This document shows positions 61,001-64,000 of a DNA stretch of 64,000 bases, one piece after another. The translations under genes were made by a program, and so were the position numbers. The DNA lies in NCBI GenBank assembly GCA_030390025.1, contig JASTWF010000558.1:124001-188000 (forward strand), written 5' to 3'. Numbering within the stretch: the first letter of the stretch is position 1; each line of letters begins with the position of its first letter. The DNA is from Squalus acanthias. Taxonomy: Eukaryota. A model generated the notes under the pieces. That model searched no databases. It had not been told where the DNA came from and saw nothing but the letters and a program-made list of their open reading frames with translations.

Positions 61001-61382
61001 ACTAAAATAGAAGGAAAAGCAGCTAAGCCCAAAAAGGTGAACTGATGGTTTCTAATTCATTGACACGCCACCTTTTATTATATATGTAATAAATGACTGA
61101 GCCAGGGCATGGGAAGTACCAAGCACAGGCTAGACCCTTCCAAAAAGGAAGGAAGGGAGGAAGAAGCAAACACTGAAGGAGCAGTCACCCTGTGGACTTC
61201 CTTACAATTAATGTATGAAATAAAATTGAGAAGGGGCCTGGAAGCAGGTGGCTTCTCTGCTCTCTTGCACAGAGCAGGTGTGTGGAAGGGGGAGGGGAAC
61301 ATCAAAAGTTAATGAAAAAATAGAGACAAAGATAAACTGATCAATAATATATTGTAACACCAGTCCTCCCTGTCTTCAATAG

Positions 61383-61469
61383 GGGTGTCAGCACTCAGTC
61401 AACAGTTTGAAAAGCTGTCGAAAGGACTGAAGTACCTCAACCTCTCCAGAACATCACTGGCTGCAAAAG
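61383..61469 (+). CDS. CARMIL2: CARMIL exon (probable exon 12, LRR): (G)VSALSQQFEKLSKGLKYLNLSRTSLAAK(G)
   Basis: aatAG acceptor, AG|GTAAGT donor, 87 nt, phase 1-1. GLKxLNLSxTSL LRR. The gene continues beyond the window. Confidence 0.94.
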
Positions 61470-62689
61470 GTAAGTCTGCACCAAGCCGTCAACTTTCAGT
61501 CAGCTACAAGCTTGAACACAGTTACTTGTATGTGGACCGCTTGTGCTTTTGAAAAGGAAGTTGAAGTTATTCCTAAATATGTACCTCTGGTCCACAAATC
61601 ATGGAGAAATATGACAGCATTTGACGTATGGGAAAAATTTGTGAAAAGGGCTTATTCTGAATTATAACCGGGCTCAGTTTGTAAATTTGCAAAACAGCTC
61701 TCATTTTACACACCGCAATTGTATAAGAAAACTAGCATTAGAACTGCAGTATTTTGTGTGCATGGAGCTCACTGTTTGAAACGTAGACAAAAGGAAGATA
61801 ATGCTGGACGCACATGCTCACATGACAGAGCAGTGGCAACCTATTTTAATTTTAATTTGCCCAGATTTGCATCCTTTATGATGCGGCAGTGGTACACCAC
61901 ATAACAGACCCCTGCATTGTGCTGTTGGAATGATTCAAAAAATATTTTTATTCAGTTGCTAGGTGTAGATAAAAGGAGCAACAATTGCCAGCTTCCTCCC
62001 TAAGTTAAAGAGACATTCCACTGCCACTCGGAGAGATCAGGAGTGGCAACTGTATAACTTCATGTAACTTTAAAGGTGACATGAGGAAAGAAATGAAACC
62101 ATTTTTCAACATGAAATATTTTCTAGATAATTCTTAACATCTAACAATGATTTAATTCTCATAATTTTTATAACTGCATCTTTTTTTCTTTTATGATATT
62201 TAAAGTCCATTCGGAATTTGGCTTTAAATTTAATACAAACAAATCATTTCAATGCTGCATAAGGAAAAAAAATTACAAAAATAAAATGATTAGCAGCTCT
62301 AATATATAACCATTGGATGCTACGAATCATTTATTTTCTTCACGTGACTTCATGCTGCCTTGTGTGGAAGCTCATGATATGATTGGCTGATCATCTGCAT
62401 GATGGGTTGACATAGCAACACTGGATCACTGATAGATTGACAGGACACATAATAAGGAAAGGAAGAGAAGCACCATGATCAAACACAGGTATCTTGGATG
62501 TAAATATTAGCCAAAAAAAAATCATCAATCAGGCTATTTATATGAACCTGCAATTGTTGATTGCAGTATCAACTAATTTGGAAATATTCAAGAAGAGAAA
62601 ATTGAGTTGTTACCCTGGTACATGGATATAAACCTGATAGTCAAAATGTTCAAATAATGCCTATTGTGTCTCTCCATTTTTCCCTCCTC

Positions 62690-62930
62690 TCCTGAATTGG
62701 GTGCTGGGCACGGTTCAGCGGGTGCTGGGCACGTTTCAGTGGGTGCTGGGCACAGTCTGGTAGCTTGCACAAGTAACCTGTGTGTGAGTGACAGAGGCTA
62801 TTCAATCATACACCTGAGCCCATTCCAGCCCTCACCAGTCACCCACAGACACATTTACCCAGCAGGGCTCACTGGATGGTGATTTGGAGAGGGATTCATG
62901 TTCTCCAACCTGGAGACACTGGCACTGTAT
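62690..62930 (-). mobile_element. Degraded AmnSINE2-like fragment with a 21-bp internal tandem repeat
   Basis: (gggtgctgggcacggttcagc) x about 2.5, then cagcagggctcactggatggtgat. Confidence 0.5.
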
Positions 62931-63055
62931 TTCTGCAGGTTTTTCCCCAATCTCCTGTCTTAACTTTGGTGGAAGATCAGTGGAAACCCCAAAGAAATGG
63001 AATAAACAACCGTTTTTAGCCATTTGCGCTGTTTTTAAAGGAGTTCCACTGATCT

Positions 63056-64000
63056 CTGCCTCAATGAAATATTCCAGGTATAGATTGCTGCCTCAGTGGA
63101 AATATTCCCGGTATAGATTACTGCCTCAATGGAAATATTCCAGGTATAGATTACTGCCTCAATGGAGATATTCCAGGTATAGATTACTGCCTCAATGGAA
63201 ATATTCCAGGTATAGATTACTGCCTCAATGGAGATATTCCCGGTATAGATTACTGCCTCAATGGAGATCTTCCAGGTATAGATTACTGCCTCAATGGAGA
63301 TATTCCAGGTATAGATTACTGCCTCAATGGAGATATTCCAGGTATAGATTACTGCCTCAATGGAAATATTCCAGGTATAGATTACTGCCTCAATGGAAAT
63401 ATTCCAGGTATAGATTACTGCTTCAATGGAGATATTCCAGGTATAGATTACTGCCTCAATGGAGATATTCCCGGTATAGATTACTGCCTCAATGGAGATA
63501 TTCCAGGTATAGATTACTGCCTCAATGGAGATATTCCAGGTATAGATTACTGCCTCAATGGAGATATTCCAGGTATAGATTACTGCCACAATGGAGATAT
63601 TCCAGGTATAGATTACTGCCTCAATGGAGATATTCCAGGTATAGATTACTGCCACAATGGAGATATTCCAGGTATAGATTACTGCCTCAATGGAGATATT
63701 CCAGGTATAGATTACTGCTTTAATGGAAATATTCCAGGTATAGATTACTGCCTCAATGGAGATATTCCAGGTATAGATTACTGCCTCAATGGAGATATTC
63801 CAGGTATAGATTACTGCTTTAATGGAAATATTCCAGGTATAGATTACTGCCTCAATGGAGATATTCCAGGTATAGATTACTGCCTCAATGGAGATATTCC
63901 AGGTATAGATTACTGCTTTAATGGAAATATTCCAGGTATAGATTACTGCCTCAATGGAGATATTCCAGGTATAGATTACTGCCTCAATGGAGATATTCCA
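63056..64000. repeat. 33-bp minisatellite, at least 28 copies, running off the window end
   Basis: Unit ctgcctcaatggagatattccaggtatagatta with few variants. Confidence 0.97.

Noticed and set aside
62884-63723. 279-aa ORF of (YSRYRLLPQWR)n and the opposite-strand 206-aa ORF
   Set aside because: By-products of a 33-bp minisatellite; no unique domain or gene structure.

Overview
Vertebrate genomic DNA, most likely from a cartilaginous fish (shark-type CR1 LINEs, DeuSINE and Penelope-like repeats). The whole window lies inside one large + strand gene of the CARMIL/LRRC16 family, best matching CARMIL2 (RLTPR). Ten consecutive coding exons (12698-61469; 823 nt, 274 codons, no stops, all intron phases compatible) encode part of the PH domain, the linker and the first LRRs; the 5' and 3' exons lie outside the window. 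The introns are packed with CR1 and L2 LINEs, including one near-full-length CR1. They also hold tRNA-derived SINEs, two decayed PIF/Harbinger transposons, many hairpin-rich Harbinger-type MITEs, two solo LTRs, Penelope-like fragments carrying hammerhead ribozyme motifs, and minisatellites. The best leads are (i) a CpG-rich internal promoter with a Kozak ATG and a 6-codon exon (MVAAFE) that can splice in frame into the gene, (ii) a sense-strand hammerhead ribozyme in a TSD-flanked insertion, and (iii) a 5' tandem-monomer array on a CR1. Family names come from remembered consensus features, not database searches. No prokaryotic system or CRISPR array is present.
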